This document shows positions 34,101 through 47,565 of a stretch of 64,000 nucleotides of DNA, in pieces. How positions within the stretch are numbered: the stretch's first letter is position 1; each line of letters begins with the position of its first letter. A program made the translations under genes and the position numbers. Source of the DNA: Basidiobolus meristosporus CBS 931.73 (lineage: Eukaryota > Fungi > Basidiobolomycota); NCBI GenBank assembly GCA_002104905.1, contig MCFE01000280.1, positions 39,821 through 103,820 of the forward strand. The letters run 5' to 3'. The notes under the pieces are model-generated. The model was given only the letters and a program-made list of their open reading frames with translations. It had not been told where the DNA came from and made no database searches.

Positions 34101-37100
34101 CACCTCTTTGATTGTCACACTGCTGCTAGGTGTGTTGCTTTTGTTGGTGATATGAATTAGTGGGATAATCTTGGTATCTCACCTGAATTCAGATGCACTG
34201 TAGAGTATGTCCATCTTATGTTGGATAAACCAACTCTTACCAATGAGTAAGTCATTGGCTGCAACAGGTAGGACTACAACATCTTGGTGTATAATAAAAT
34301 TGCCTCACTGGATGGGGCAATTAAGCACCACTCCTACTGTTGTGTCCAGTTGGTCATTTGCTAGCCATTCTCAAATGGTGCTGTTGGGGACTATGTCTAT
34401 CTTTAGATGTTTTGCTGATAACTCTGACATGATCAATGTAGAGGATCCTGTGTCAGTAAGGGCAACAATCTCCTTATTCTCTATACATACCATTACATAT
34501 GTTCCCTTATTTGGAATTTGTAGGACCATCTGGTTGATGTGCAGGGTTGTTATCTCCTTCAATCCCTCTATCAGCTCTTTGACTAGAGCCAGGGCAAGTC
34601 CCTGTAAACTGGTTATTGGGAGGCTTGCCTTGGTTTGCTCTAGTACCTTAATTGTGGGGAATAGGCCATGGGAAGACACACTAGTGCTCTTTGCTTTAAC
34701 ACTCTTCCCAAGGCTCATTCTGTACTTCTTCACCTAATTCCACGTTCTTTCCTTTTGACAGAACCTCTACTACAGGTTCCTTTACCTCCACTGTAGAAGC
34801 ATCATGTTGACGCTTCTTCTTCTGCACTTCAACTGTTCTGACCAGAGGGCTTAGATTGATTGAATCCTGTTTGCCTCCTGGCAAGGGACTCTGTCTTTTG
34901 ATGCCTTCTTCTCTTTTGTGTCCTGTACAGGTTCTTGTCCGTACCATTTTTCATATTTGTGGGCCCAGTGGCCTACTTCTCAACAAACATAACATGGATA
35001 CTGTTGTTGCAGTTGTGCCATCTATTGGGTGAGGGCTTGCACCTGGGCCTTTAGATCTACAACAGCTTCCCAGAGTTTATCATCATCTTTGGGGACTTCT
35101 AGGACATTGTTGATTGAGAGTTCTTGTACCTTTTGCCATAATTCCAGTGACTGATGGTTTTTTGAGGAGGCAAATTTTCCTTTCTTACAGGGGAGACCTG
35201 TCCTTCAATCACTTGTATCACTATAGGGTAGCTCCCATTGCAGGATTACCTTTGTACTTGTTTGACCAACTCTTGCAACATTTTACATCCCTGTTGCACT
35301 TTAGATGCCCTATGTCTAACTTCAATGTTTAAGCCCATGATGTAACACCTCATGAGCTGTTGTTTGGCAATATTGTCCCTTGGGAGACATTGAACTTGTT
35401 GGAGAAACAGTTCAGTGTAGGCTTCATAGTGCCCACTGCTTTTTTTTTGTGAGGACAGTAGAAGGGATTTGTAGTTGTATCCTTCAGCATATAAAAGGCA
35501 TGTCTTGTAGGCTTCTTCTAGTGCATCCCAGTTGTCTTTAACTGCATTTTCCAACCCATAATGCCATTGCCATGCTGACCCTTTCATATGTCTTGCAAAC
35601 TCCACTACTTTCTTAACATTGTCCCATCCTGAATCAACCGCAACTTTCTCAAGCTTATTGAACCACTCAAGGGCTTTTGCTCTCTTTCTCTTGTATGTTT
35701 TTAGTTTGATTGCAGTAGTCATTACCTCACTTGTGCTTATTATTATTTCTGCAGAGCCAGCACCAAATATGTGGGTTATTTACAACTGTATATGGTGAAT
35801 AGGAGAGCTTGTAGGTCAAGTCAGCACCACTTGGGTCAAAATAGCTTCCAACAGAAGGTAGCAAGGTAATAAAGACTTATGTTTATTCCATCCTAACCTT
35901 CTCCTTCTCTTACTTGGTTCAAATAGATATATATATATATCACTTGGAGTGGCTTAGATAACAGTATATGTGTTGTAAAATAGGGGTGTTAACACCTTCC
36001 AGTTATGGTTAGTGTTCTAACTAAATAAGGGCAGGAATAGGAGTGAGAATTTGTGGGGGAATCATAGGGAGGATACAGGGGGACTATGGGTAGAGCTCTG
36101 GAGAGAACTCTTGGGCAAAGAGTGGGTACTACATTTAGTACTCACAAAGGATTCAGCCAGATTAGAGTCAAGCCAGAAGACATCCCTAAGACAGCATTCA
36201 GGACTAGATATGGACATTGCAAGTACTTAGTCATGAGTTTTAGCCTCACCAATGCCCCTGCAACATTCATGACCCTGATGCAAACAGTCTTCCAGAAATA
36301 CTTAGTCAAGTCTTTGGTAATCTACCTAGATGACATATTGATATACAGCAAGAACAAAGAGGAATACTTGGTGCACATTGAAAAGTTCTTGAAGATCCTG
36401 AGAGGGAACAAGTTGTACAGCAAGCTAGCAAAGTGTGAATTCTTGAAGGAACATTTTGAATACCAGAGACACATAGTGACTAGCATAGGAGTGACTTTAG
36501 ACCCCATGAAGGTTCAAGTTGTCAAGAATCTGCAGCAGCCCCATAGCATATTGGAACTCATATCATTCCTTGGAATGGTTCCTACTATTGGAGATTTGTC
36601 AAGTCCTTTGCAATTATTTCAGTTGATTTAACTGATATTCTCAAGAAAGACAACACCATGAAGTGGGACATAACCTGGGAGACTGCCTATCAGATGCTGA
36701 AGAATGAACTTGCTAAGCTGCCAAGCCTAAGAATCCCAGACTTCAGAAAAGAGTTTACTCTGTGCTCAAATGCTTCAGACTATGCAGTTGGTAGACTACT
36801 GAGCCAAGAACATCACAAGAAGGACTATCCAGTTGCCTTTGAATCTGAGAAACTGAACTTAGCAGAACAGAAGTATCCAGTGCATGAGGAGATGCTTGCC
36901 ATAGCACTCTGCTTGAAGACCTGGAGCTCTAACATTGAAGGAGTCAAGTGCAATGTGAACACAGATCACACCTCACTTGAGAAGATATTTAAGCTGAAGG
37001 TTCTCTCCAGAAGAATGACAAGACAGAGTGAATGCATTCAGCAATCAGACATGGATATTGTATACTGCCCTAGGCAAAACAATATGGTTGCTGATGCCTT

Positions 37101-38626
37101 GTCAAGATTAGAACAAGTTGACAGCTCAACTTGGTGCATGAGTCAGATTGGCCTAGCTTATAACCAACATACTTGGGGGACCAAGACATTCCTAATGAGG
37201 TGGATAAATAGATCAAGAAGATAATCCAGGACAAAGCCAACAAATTTGTGGTACAAGATCAATCACTCTACTAAATTATTGATGGAAGCCCTACTGCCTA
37301 TTGCTCTTATGTTGCTGGTCAGGATTTAGTACATATGCTACTTGATGGATATGAACATCTTGGAATTAAAGGAACCTATAGCCATGTGAAAGCCACTGCA
37401 TGGTGGCCCAGAATGAAACAAGACATTGAGAAGCTAGTGAAAACATGCCCAAATTGCCAAGTCAACCAAGGCCAACCACAGAGAATTGCCAAACTCTTTC
37501 CCTTTGAGCTTGTAAGACCATTTGAAAAATGGGGAATTGACTTTATTGAAAGACTGCCAACTACACTGAAATGCAATTATTGGATCCTAGTAGCAATTAA
37601 CCATAGCACCAAATGGCCAGTGGCTAATGCAGTACCTGTAGACAGTGAACAAGAAGTTGCAAGTTTCATCTACCATGAGGTCCTTATGAAATTTGGATGC
37701 CCTTTAGAGATTTTATTTAGTAGAGAAGCAAACTTTATGGCAAAGACATTTAAAGCTTACCTGGAAATGCAGCAGATCAAACACCTCAAAACCGTGGCAA
37801 GTCACCCTAGAACTAATGGATTCACTGAGCAGTTTAATGGATTATTTAGAAAAATGCTGACCAAGTATGCAAATGGAGTTGTCAGCAGATGGGATGATTA
37901 TATAGACTAAACACTTTTTCATGCAGAGTTAGAGTACACAACACCACCCAACAATTGCCTTTTTACTCAGTGTATGGGTGTGAACCAAGGATTCCCAGAG
38001 ATCTCACATGACCAAAGCTTACAAATGCCTTAGAAGATGAGCTCAGTCAGCTAAGTAGACACCAGCAGCTGGAACAAACAGATCAAGAGGCATAGGCCAA
38101 ATTATCTCAAATTGCAGAAAAGATGAGGTGAGATCTTATAAGCCTATATCACCAGAACTGTTGACATTTGGGAAGTTTGTATTGCTAAGAAACAACACTT
38201 GGAAGAAGTTTGGGCCACAATAGATGGGACATTTTAAGATCATCAGCAAAAGTCCATTTGTGGCTTACCAACTTGTGGGCAAACCAGTGATTAGCTGGAA
38301 AGATTTAGTTCATAGAGACAGACTCAAGCTTGCAAGGCTTGCCAACAATACTAAACCATCAAGATATTGATACTACAAGAAATGAGATTCAGGAGAGCCC
38401 TTTCAGCTTTAGTGGGGAGAATGTTATAATCTACCACTTGAATGATTAAGTTAGATCAGTTTTTAGTCAAATTAATTAGTTATATGCTTAGCCTATCAGT
38501 ACATCAGTGTTATCTGTCAAATCAAGAGTAAAGTCAGCAAATGAATCAACAGATCTTTATCAGGCAGGATTAGCTATATAGAGTAGAATCTTATTGGGTG
38601 ATAATGATGCAATCTAATGAGTTATC

Positions 38627-41600
38627 TGTTGAAATATTGGACTATTGGGTATCATTCAGCAGCTAAAAATTTACTTAACAATTTTAGACTAGTCTTAGTC
38701 ACTGTAGGACTTGTTTACTGCCTTAACTTTGCCACTTTTGCCAGATATATGATCTTATAATTATTCCCCTATAGTCAGCATCAAATTAGCACTATTACCA
38801 AACATTATGTACTAACCCTGAAACTGTTACAGAATGCTCCTCAATACTGAAAAACCCTCCCTACTTAGTGTTGCAGCTGTATTACTTCTACTAAGGTATA
38901 AATACTGAGCTTCTTTATGAATAAGCAACAGTTCAACTATTATCACTATTTCTTGATAAGTTCCTTATATCCAAATTACTTCTTAAATTGCTACAGGTTA
39001 TGAGCCCCAATTGCCTTAATCTATCCTACAGATGACTTCTACCAGCAAACAAAGCAATACCAACATCTTCCCTGTAAAGGAGAGGTTTGATGGGAAGAAC
39101 TACAGACTTTGGAGAATCAAGATGCAGATCCACCTTGAGGAAAGAAAGCCTTGGAACATAGTAACAGGAAAGGAAGTTGAGCCCAAAGGAACAGCAGAAG
39201 ATGTGGAGAAGTTTCAAGAGAAGGAGAGAAAGGCCTTCAATGCCATATGCATCAATGTGCAAGACTCCTTCATTGGACAAATCCATACCTCAAATACTGC
39301 CAAAGCAGCATGGGAATTCTTAGAGAAGATCTTTAGAGCAAAGTCAGTATCAAGCAAGCTTTATTTGAAACAAAAGTTCTTCAAGATGAGGAAAAAGCCA
39401 GATGATGACATGCTACAACTCATTACCAGAATGGAGACACTTGCAGAAGAACTTTACAGTATTAATGCCGGTGTAGATGATGAAGAAAAGATACTCTGTC
39501 TGCTTTGCAGCCTACCAGACAAGTATGAGCTACTCATACTTTCTTTTGAAGGCAGAGAAGACAACTTGACTTTAGACTATGTCAAAGGAAGACTTCTCCA
39601 TGAGGAACTCAGACGTAATGATCAAGCAGAGAAAATTGAAGATAATGCTTTATTCAGTTCAGAAAGGCATAGAGAAAAGAAGGGAAAGCAACAAACCAGA
39701 GAAAACCTGGCTGTTGTAACTACTGTAAGAAGCCAGGACACTGGGCAAGAGAATGCAAGAAGAAACAAGCAGACAAAAAACAGAAACCAGAGCAGGCAAA
39801 CCATATAACTACTGATGAACAGTTATTTGTAGCTGTACAAGAGAGTGCAAGTAACCAAAGTAATGAATGGTATATTGACTCAGGAGCATCACAGCATATA
39901 TGTAGTATAAAGGATTGGTTCAGCAACTTAAAGACTATTCCCGTAAGAAAGGTTTATCTGGGAGATAACTCTGCATTGGAAGCTACCACCAGTGGGTCTA
40001 TACAACTAAATATGAGTGGTAACTCAGGGGCAACAACAGCAAAACTGACTGACGTACTCTATGTACTTGGAATAGCTAAGAACCTACTCTCAGTCAGTAA
40101 AGTAACTACTCAGGGACTGAAATTTGTTTATACTAAGCTGAGCTGCTCAATATTGAGTGAAAATGGACAAAAATTAGCTTTGAGAATCAGAGATCACAAT
40201 ATATACAAGTTACAATGCAAGATCATTGTACCTGAGTATGTTAACATTGCATAAACTGATGAAACCAACTGGGAGACGTGGTATAGCAGGCTAGGACACA
40301 TAGGGGAACAGAAAATGAGCCAATTGGTGAAATATCAGCTTGTTTTGGGCCTAAAATACTCAATTCCAATCAAATTGAATGTTTGTAAGGGATGTTCATA
40401 TGGCAAACAAGCTAGGCAATGTTTCAAGAGCTCAGAAGGCATCAATACCACCAAACTATTGGATATTGTACACTCAGACATATGTGGCCCCATGAGCACA
40501 CTTTCCTTTGGAGCCAAGAGATACTTTATGACATTTATTGATGACAAGATAAGACATACATGGGTGTACTTCCTCAAAACAAAGGATGAAGGTTTAGAGA
40601 CGTTTAAGCACTTCAAGAACATGGCTGAAACACAAACTGGGTGTAAATTGAAGGTACTACAAAGTGACAATGGAGGAGAATACTGCTCAAAGGAGTTTGC
40701 AGAATACTGCTTGTCTACTGGTATACTTCAACAGACCACAGTTCCTCATACTCCACAGCAAAATGGAGTAGCAGAACGTGCAAATAGAACAATAGTAGAG
40801 ATGGGAAGATCTATGCTACATGATAAGGGAATGGACTACAAATTTTGGGCTGAATCTGCTGCTACCGCTGTATACATCAAGAACAGATGCCCAACAACAG
40901 CACTACATGATTCTACACCCTTTGAAGCATATACAGGCAAAAAAACCAGATCTCCAGCACCTCAGGATCTTTGGTAGTGATGTTTTTTATCACATCCCTG
41001 ACAAAAAACGCTCAAAGTTGGAACCAAAGAGTAGGAAAGGGATCTCTCTTGGGTATTGTGAAGATACTAAAGGGTATTGAGTGTATGACGGCAGAATTTA
41101 GAAGCTGATCAAGAGCAGGGACATTGTATTTGAGGAGAATTTAGATCAGAAAGCCATGGAAATCATTGGCCAGCTGCCTGATGATGCAATCAGCACTAAT
41201 GAAGAAGATACGTACCAAATCCAGCCAGAGATGGAAGATATTTCTACCAGTTCCAGATCAAAACAGATTATCCCAGTTAGGAGATCTACCGGAATAAGAA
41301 ATGCCCCTGGATCCTGGTGGCAGACATCCAATGATCATGAAGAAGCGTATCTTGCCTTATGTGCCAAACCTCAGAATCTGGAACAGGCAATGCAAGGTCC
41401 AGATGCTACTAAGTGGCAACAAGCCATGCAGGAGGAGTACCAATCACCAATCAAGGCAAAAACGTGGGAACTGGTAGATTTACCAAATGGGAAAAGCCAA
41501 TAGGATGTAGATGGGTCTACAAGATCAAGATAACCTCAAATGGTGTTGTTGATAAGAACAAGGCTAGATTGGTAGCTAAAGGCTATTCCCAGATCCAGGG

Positions 41601-43309
41601 ACTAGACTTTAAGGAAACATTTGCTCTGGTTGCCAAGTTTAACTCCATTAGGACAGTTCTAGCCCTGGCAGCTGTACAGAGTCTAGATCTACACCAAATG
41701 GATGTCAAAACTGCCTTTCTAAATGGGGATTTGCAAGAAACTATATATATGGAGCAACCAGAAGGTTTTACCGATCCAAAAGGCCCCCATAAGGTGTACA
41801 AACTTAGAAAATTGTTGTATGGGCTTAAGCAGGCACCCAGAGCATGGTATTACAAGATTGACACATATCTAGAGGAAACTGGGTTCTCTTGTAGCACTGC
41901 AGATCACAGTATATATGTGAAACAGCTCAAAAAGGGTGTGATCATCCTAGTTCTTAATGTGGACAACCTAATTATAGCTACAAGTGATCAAGAGGCACTT
42001 AAACAGACAAAATCAGATCTCTTCAGCAAGTTTGAGATGAAAGATCTTGGAAAATTGAGCTATTTTCTTGGAATTGAGGTCAAATTTGACATAACTACGC
42101 AGAAAATTGTGCTGAATCAGTCTAAGTACATCAGGGACATTCTTAGACGCTTCAAAATGGAAAATTGCAAACCTGCAGCAACCCCTATGGACAATAACCT
42201 GAAATTAAGCAAATCTCAGCCAGTTATAGATGAAAATGGCTCAAATATGGACCAAAACCTTCCCTATCAATCAATGGTTGGTAGCCTAATATACTTGATG
42301 GTGTCTACACGTCCAGATATTACAGTAGCAGTTGGAATAGTCAGTCAATTCATGCAGAATTATGGATCAGATCAAATTGCAGCAGTTATGCGGATTTTCA
42401 AATCTCTACAAGGTACCATCAATATGGTACTGGAATACTCTGTAGCAGCTAATAGGCAAAACTTGATGGTTATAGTGATTCAGATTGGGGTGGGGATCTG
42501 ATTGACAGATGCTCTACCACAGGCTATGTATTTCTTTATGCTGGTGCAGCTATTACTTAGAATTGCCAGAAACAATCAACTGTGGCACTATCTACAACTG
42601 AAGCCAAATATATGGCTGCATGTCAAGCAACTAAGGAGGCTATAAGGCTACAAAAGTTATTCAAAGACTTAGGTTTAATTCAGATGAACCAACATGTATT
42701 TAGAAGGATAATCAAAGTTGTATTTCATTAGCTAGAAATCCTACTAATCATGCCAGAACTAAGCACATTGATATAAAGCATCACTTTGTGAGGGAAGCTG
42801 TAGAAAATAACTTAGCGGATCTAGTTTACTGCCCAACTGACAAAATGGTGTCAGACATATTGACAAAACCACTAGCTAGGCCACAGTTGGAGATCCATAG
42901 AGAGAAATTGGGATTAAGAAATCATTGAGTTGAGGGGGAGTGTTGAAATATTGGACTATTTGGTATCATTCAGCAGCTAAAAATTTACTTAACAATTTTA
43001 GACTAGTCTTAGTCACTGTAGGACTCATTTACTGCCTTAACTTTGCCACTTTCTTCAGATATATGATCTTATGATTATTCCCCTATAGTCAGGATCAAAT
43101 TAGCACTATTACCAAACATTATGTACTAGCCCAGAAACTGTTACAGAATGCTTCTGAATATTGAGAAACCCTCCCTACTTAGTGTTGCAGCTGTATTACT
43201 TCTACTAAGGTATAAATACTGAGCTTCTTTATGAATAAGCAATAGCTCAACTATTATCACTATTTCTTGATAAGTTCCTTATATCCAAATTACTTCTTAA
43301 ATTGCTACA
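38627..43309 (+). mobile_element. Ty1/Copia family C, full length (369-bp LTRs 38627-38995 and 42941-43309, PBS 38996-39007, PPT 42931-42940)
   Basis: LTRs differ at about 16 of 369 sites (by eye). Gag 39032-39808, CNYCKKPGHWAREC knuckle, WYIDSGASQH, SDNGGEY, QMDVKTAFL, RNase H; several frameshifts. No TSD found. Confidence 0.96.
39032..39808 (+). CDS. Copia gag (frameshifted before the zinc knuckle)
   Basis: FDGKNYRLWRIKMQIHL, SKLYLKQKFF, LLCSLPDKYE, LTLDYVKGRLLHEE. Confidence 0.85.
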   Translation: MTSTSKQSNTNIFPVKERFDGKNYRLWRIKMQIHLEERKPWNIVTGKEVEPKGTAEDVEKFQEKERKAFNAICINVQDSFIGQIHTSNTAKAAWEFLEKIFRAKSVSSKLYLKQKFFKMRKKPDDDMLQLITRMETLAEELYSINAGVDDEEKILCLLCSLPDKYELLILSFEGREDNLTLDYVKGRLLHEELRRNDQAEKIEDNALFSSERHREKKGKQQTRENLAVVTTVRSQDTGQENARRNKQTKNRNQSRQTI

Positions 43310-43321
43310 GGTTATGAGCCC

Positions 43322-44030
43322 GTGTTAGCAATCAAGCAGACATATTACACAACAAGTGAATCAGTAGAACCTTAGCAGGTATAAGTGGGTGTTTTTAGCA
43401 GGAACTAACTGGGTGATGATGATTCAATCAAATGAGTAATTAGGCACAACCTACTTTAGGGATTACAATTTGTCAGCAATTGATCTGGCAAAATGTTGTA
43501 AGCATCTGTGGGAACTACAACAAATGTAGGTTCAAATTTTAGTGCACACTTTACTAGCTCAACTCTCTATTCTTCCTAATCTTTCATATCAAGATGTGTA
43601 GAAACAGTACACCAAGAATGATCCATATCTACAGGAGATTGGGTTCATTTGTGGTACTGATGATACTACTTGAATACCAAAGTTAGATGAGTTATTTAGT
43701 CAATTCAACTAGTTTTATGATTAGCCTATCAGTACATCAGTGTTATCTGTCAAATCAAGAGTATAGTCAGCAGATAAATAAGGCAGTCCTTATCAGACTG
43801 AAGCAGATGTATTAAGCAAGATCTTGTTGGGTGATAATGATGCAATCAAATGAGTCATTAGCCACAAGCTACATTAGGAAAAATAATGAGTCAGCAATTA
43901 ATCTGGCAAAACATATATAATGAGCTGCTGAAACCTCAATAATAATCAGTTCAAGCTTTAGTGAATACAATACTAGTAAACTCTTTGCTCCTTTGCAACT
44001 CTGATATCAAGACTTGTAAAAGTACAACAG
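43322..44030 (+). repeat. Two degenerate tandem copies of the Gypsy D LTR
   Basis: 43680-43860 aligns with 38445-38626; 43340-43612 aligns with 43780-44030. Confidence 0.6.
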
Positions 44031-44789
44031 ATTGTTGAAATAATTTTATGGCTTCTAATGTTATATATACCCTAATTGTTTATGTAGACAATCAAACAAG
44101 TGAAAGGAGTGACCAGAGGAACTTGAGTAGACATAATCAAGTTTCTTAAATATTAACAGAGTATTGTGCCAATATGGTGTAAAAACATTTAGGACACTCT
44201 TCGTTGCTTGAAGATGCAATTGTGCAAGTGAGCAGCAATTCTCATCAAAAATATCCTTAGATTTGGCAAAGCATGGCAATTTTTGCTCAGATTTCTTCAA
44301 TCTGGAGCTGTACTTTCCCTATCAACAATAAGATGGTTGCCAGATGTACTTGATTGGATCTGCACATAGAGATTTTCCAAAATCAGTGAGAGTAGTTAGT
44401 CCATCCCTGTCAAATTTCAAATTGCTGCTGTAACATTTTGCTTGCATGTTTAAGTAAGACTTGTTCCAGTCAAATCAGGTAATGTTATTTTTAGTCTATT
44501 TGTATATCAGCATTATCTGATACAAAAGGAGTATGCAGTCACCTTAAAAATACACAAAAGTAAACACAGCAGTCCAAAACTACCCAATGCATGAAAAATT
44601 GTTACTTACTACATATGCTGATTAAAGACATGAAGATGCTACATTGATGGAGTTAAGTGCACTTTGAGTGCTGAATTTGTCTTACCCTGATACATTCTAT
44701 CCATAATGTACCTACATAAGACTGACTATATGGAGTGAAACACTGTGCCAAATTGTTGCAAAAAGTCCTATTTCCTATTGCTCTAAATG

Positions 44790-45060
44790 CATAAGCCACA
44801 CAGTGGATATTAACATCTTAAATTTGGAGGAATATAAAGCACTAAGAAAGCCACTGCATAGTGGTCCAGAATCATCCAAGAAGCTGAGAAGTCAGTGAAA
44901 CATGAACCAGCTGTCATACCAAGCAAGGCCAACAACAGAAAGTTGCCAAATTCTTTTCCTTGGAACCCAAACAGCAATTTGAGAGATAGGGAATTTACTT
45001 TTTAGAAGACTGCCCACCATTAGGAGCTACAAATAGTGGGTCCAGGTAGCAATCAACAAT
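44790..45060 (+). pseudogene. Degenerate Gypsy D integrase fragment
   Basis: Collinear with about 37345-37605. Confidence 0.7.
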
Positions 45061-46512
45061 GTTGGGTTGCACATTGGCATCTTGAACCACAGCATTCATG
45101 GGCCAGTTGGACACAGTGATTGTCTGGAAAGACAGTATGGCCTATAAAAGTAGCAAAAAGTCCAGTGATAGGATGAGATGAAAACATATGTATATCCCAG
45201 ATAGAGAATGCAGCATCTTTGCTACAATGAAGCCTACAGAATAAACCAATTAACTCATGGAAGGGATAGATTGTGATGTTGGTGCCAATGCCCTAAGTCA
45301 AATTAAATTAAAGAGTTGGGAAGCCATTGAGTGTGGTTTTGAAGAGTGGGACTATTTTTAAAATGCTCTGAGAAGTGTATTGTGCCATCCTTAGCGGGCC
45401 AGCATGCCATGGGAATACCAAGAACATAAGACTCAGATAGAGAGCTTGACCTGCTCCTTGACTGATATCCTGCATTCCAACAAACATTCTATTTTTGAGC
45501 CAATATTTGAATGGACAATGGATATCTCAAGAACGGTAGCAGCCATCAAATGCAGAATAATAAGTATGCTACAGTTCATAGCTGATCACCCTCAAGAGCC
45601 TTTCATAAGCAGAGCTGGAGGCTTCTAGCAAGAAATAAGGTAATATAAGGTAGCAGAAGTTCACTGTTAAGGGTCAAGTATGCATAAATAGATATACAAG
45701 TGAAGCACTCAGCCATAATTACAGAGTTCAATATAGGTCTCACTCATTCAGAGCAAGAGAGAAGGACCCAGCAGTGATATATGCAAAGACAAAGTGGAGG
45801 GGAGAGGGCAAGAAAGTTAGGCTAATCCAACCTAGAGGCAAAGAAGCTTGAGACAACAGATACTGCCCTCACCAAGTAATACTCTCAATCTAGAACAGTC
45901 TGAGCTCCATAATAACAAAAGAGATATACCAACATGATAACATCTGCTTTCACAAGAGCCCAAACCATAGGCAGTTAAGCTCCTCTCCAAATGAGTATAT
46001 GAGCATGCAGCAAAAGTCATTATGTCTACTAACCTCAAACTCAATAAATAGCTACTTTAGAACCCACCATTCACATATGTTTCTGCCATAGCACCCTTGG
46101 CACATTACTTTAGCTGAAATCCTACAGCTCTGTTTCATTGATTGCTGACTGATTCACATAGGTTCAGTCCTCATTCCACATTGTATACCTAGTACCTCAT
46201 CTTCAAGTTGTGATAATACATGCTTGCAAAATATAAGTATGTTTTTTTGAGAACATTTCTTGAAGTTGTGCTCCAAGCTCTTAGTGTGCCAATTATCAGT
46301 CTAAGTTCTACTGTAGGGATGCACCTATACTGAACATGGGGACTGATGCTTCAAAGTTTGGAAGGCAAAGTTGAACATATTGCTAGGGGAAGCAGTAATT
46401 GTTGAAATATTGAGCTATTTAGTATCATTCAGTAGCTAAAGATTTACTTAGCAGTTTTAGACTGGTTTTGGTCACTGTAGGACTAGTCTATAGCCCTAAG
46501 TTTGCAAGTTTC

Positions 46513-46881
46513 TGTTGATATATTGGACTATTTTGTATCATTCTGCAGCTAAATATTTACTTAACAATTCTTGACTAGTCTTGGTCACTGTGGGACTAGT
46601 CTACAGCTCTAACATTGCCACTTGCTACAGATTTATGATCTTATGATTATTCCCCTATAGTCAGGATCAAATTAGCACTAATACTAACTGTTATGTACTA
46701 ACCATGAAACTGTTACAGAATGCTCCTGAATATTGAGAAACCCTCCTTACTTAGTGTTACCGCTGTATCACTTCTACTAAGGTATAAATACTGAGCTTCT
46801 TTACTAACAAACAACAGTTCAACTATTATCACTATTTCTTGATAAGTACCTTGTATCCAAATCACTTCTTAAATTGCAACA
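46513..46881 (+). mobile_element. Solo LTR of Copia C (369 bp) inserted in the 5' LTR of Copia C, TSD GTTTC
   Basis: GTTTC at 46508-46512 and 46882-46886; the flanking pieces join into one LTR. Confidence 0.92.
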
Positions 46882-47227
46882 GTTTCTTCATATCTATGAT
46901 CCTATGATTATTCACCTGTAGTACATATCAAATCAACACATTTTACCAAACACTATGTAGTAACCCTGAAACTGTTACAGAATGCTCCTCAATGTTAAGA
47001 AGCTATCCTTATTAGTGTTACTGCTGTATTACTTCTGCAAAGGTATTAATACTGAGCCTCTTTATGAGTAAACAGCAGTTCAACTTTCATCACTATTTCT
47101 AGATTAGTTCTAATATTCAAATCACTTCTTAAATTGCAGCATGTTTTGAGCCCTGATTGACTTTCTCTACGCTAAAGTTGATCTCTATTAGCAAACAAAA
47201 CAATACAAACATCTTTCCTGCAAAGGA

Positions 47228-47565
47228 TGTTGAAATAATTAGGAATCCACCTAATTATTAATATATTATGAACTAGCACCAAGTTAAGTGATGTATTTCA
47301 GATGATTAACTTAGAAATTAGTTTGTAAGATATTTGCTAATTATTAGAAATTAGTGAAGTACAGAATTTTGAGAAAATCAGAAACTTATCCAAATAAACT
47401 GAAACTTGGCACAGACTCCCCTAATAATGACCAAATAGTTGTATGTACAAAGCTCTGCAATAAATATAAGTATTGTGTTGCAACTCAATAAAATAACAAG
47501 TGAATATCATGTAAGTCTTCTAATTCTCCAATTCACTTCCAATATATCTCTCTAATATTTCAACA
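47228..47565. mobile_element. Solo LTR (338 bp, another family) in Copia C gag, TSD AAGGA
   Basis: TGTTGAAATA...TATTTCAACA 10-bp terminal inverted repeat; AAGGA at 47223-47227 and 47566-47570. Confidence 0.93.

Larger units (their letters stand above)
29558..36146 (-). mobile_element. Ty3/Gypsy family F, full length but decayed (LTRs 29558-29931 and 35770-36146), TSD CAGGA/AAGGA
   Basis: Paired TG...CA LTRs. Gag 35246-35722, protease LTDTGSS, RT WASPIV and AKYFSSLDL, RNase H, partial integrase YHPQTN. Removing it restores the host RT frame MSGFSQIRV. Confidence 0.92.
27905..38626 (+). mobile_element. Ty3/Gypsy family D, 5'-truncated, split inside RT by element F; PPT 38411-38421, 3' LTR from 38422
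   Basis: Gag LLDAALLWY/FIDGLK/PMEID plus a knuckle; protease MIDSGA; [22 protein letters not shown]|FSQIR, YLDDILIYS; RNase H; integrase WGIDFI; PPT AGTGGGGAGAA then TGTTATA. No chromodomain seen. Confidence 0.92.

Noticed and set aside
44300-44460. Kinase-like NLKFDRDGLTTLTDFGKS on the minus strand
   Set aside because: A DFG is present but there is no HRD/catalytic loop or other subdomain; too short to call.
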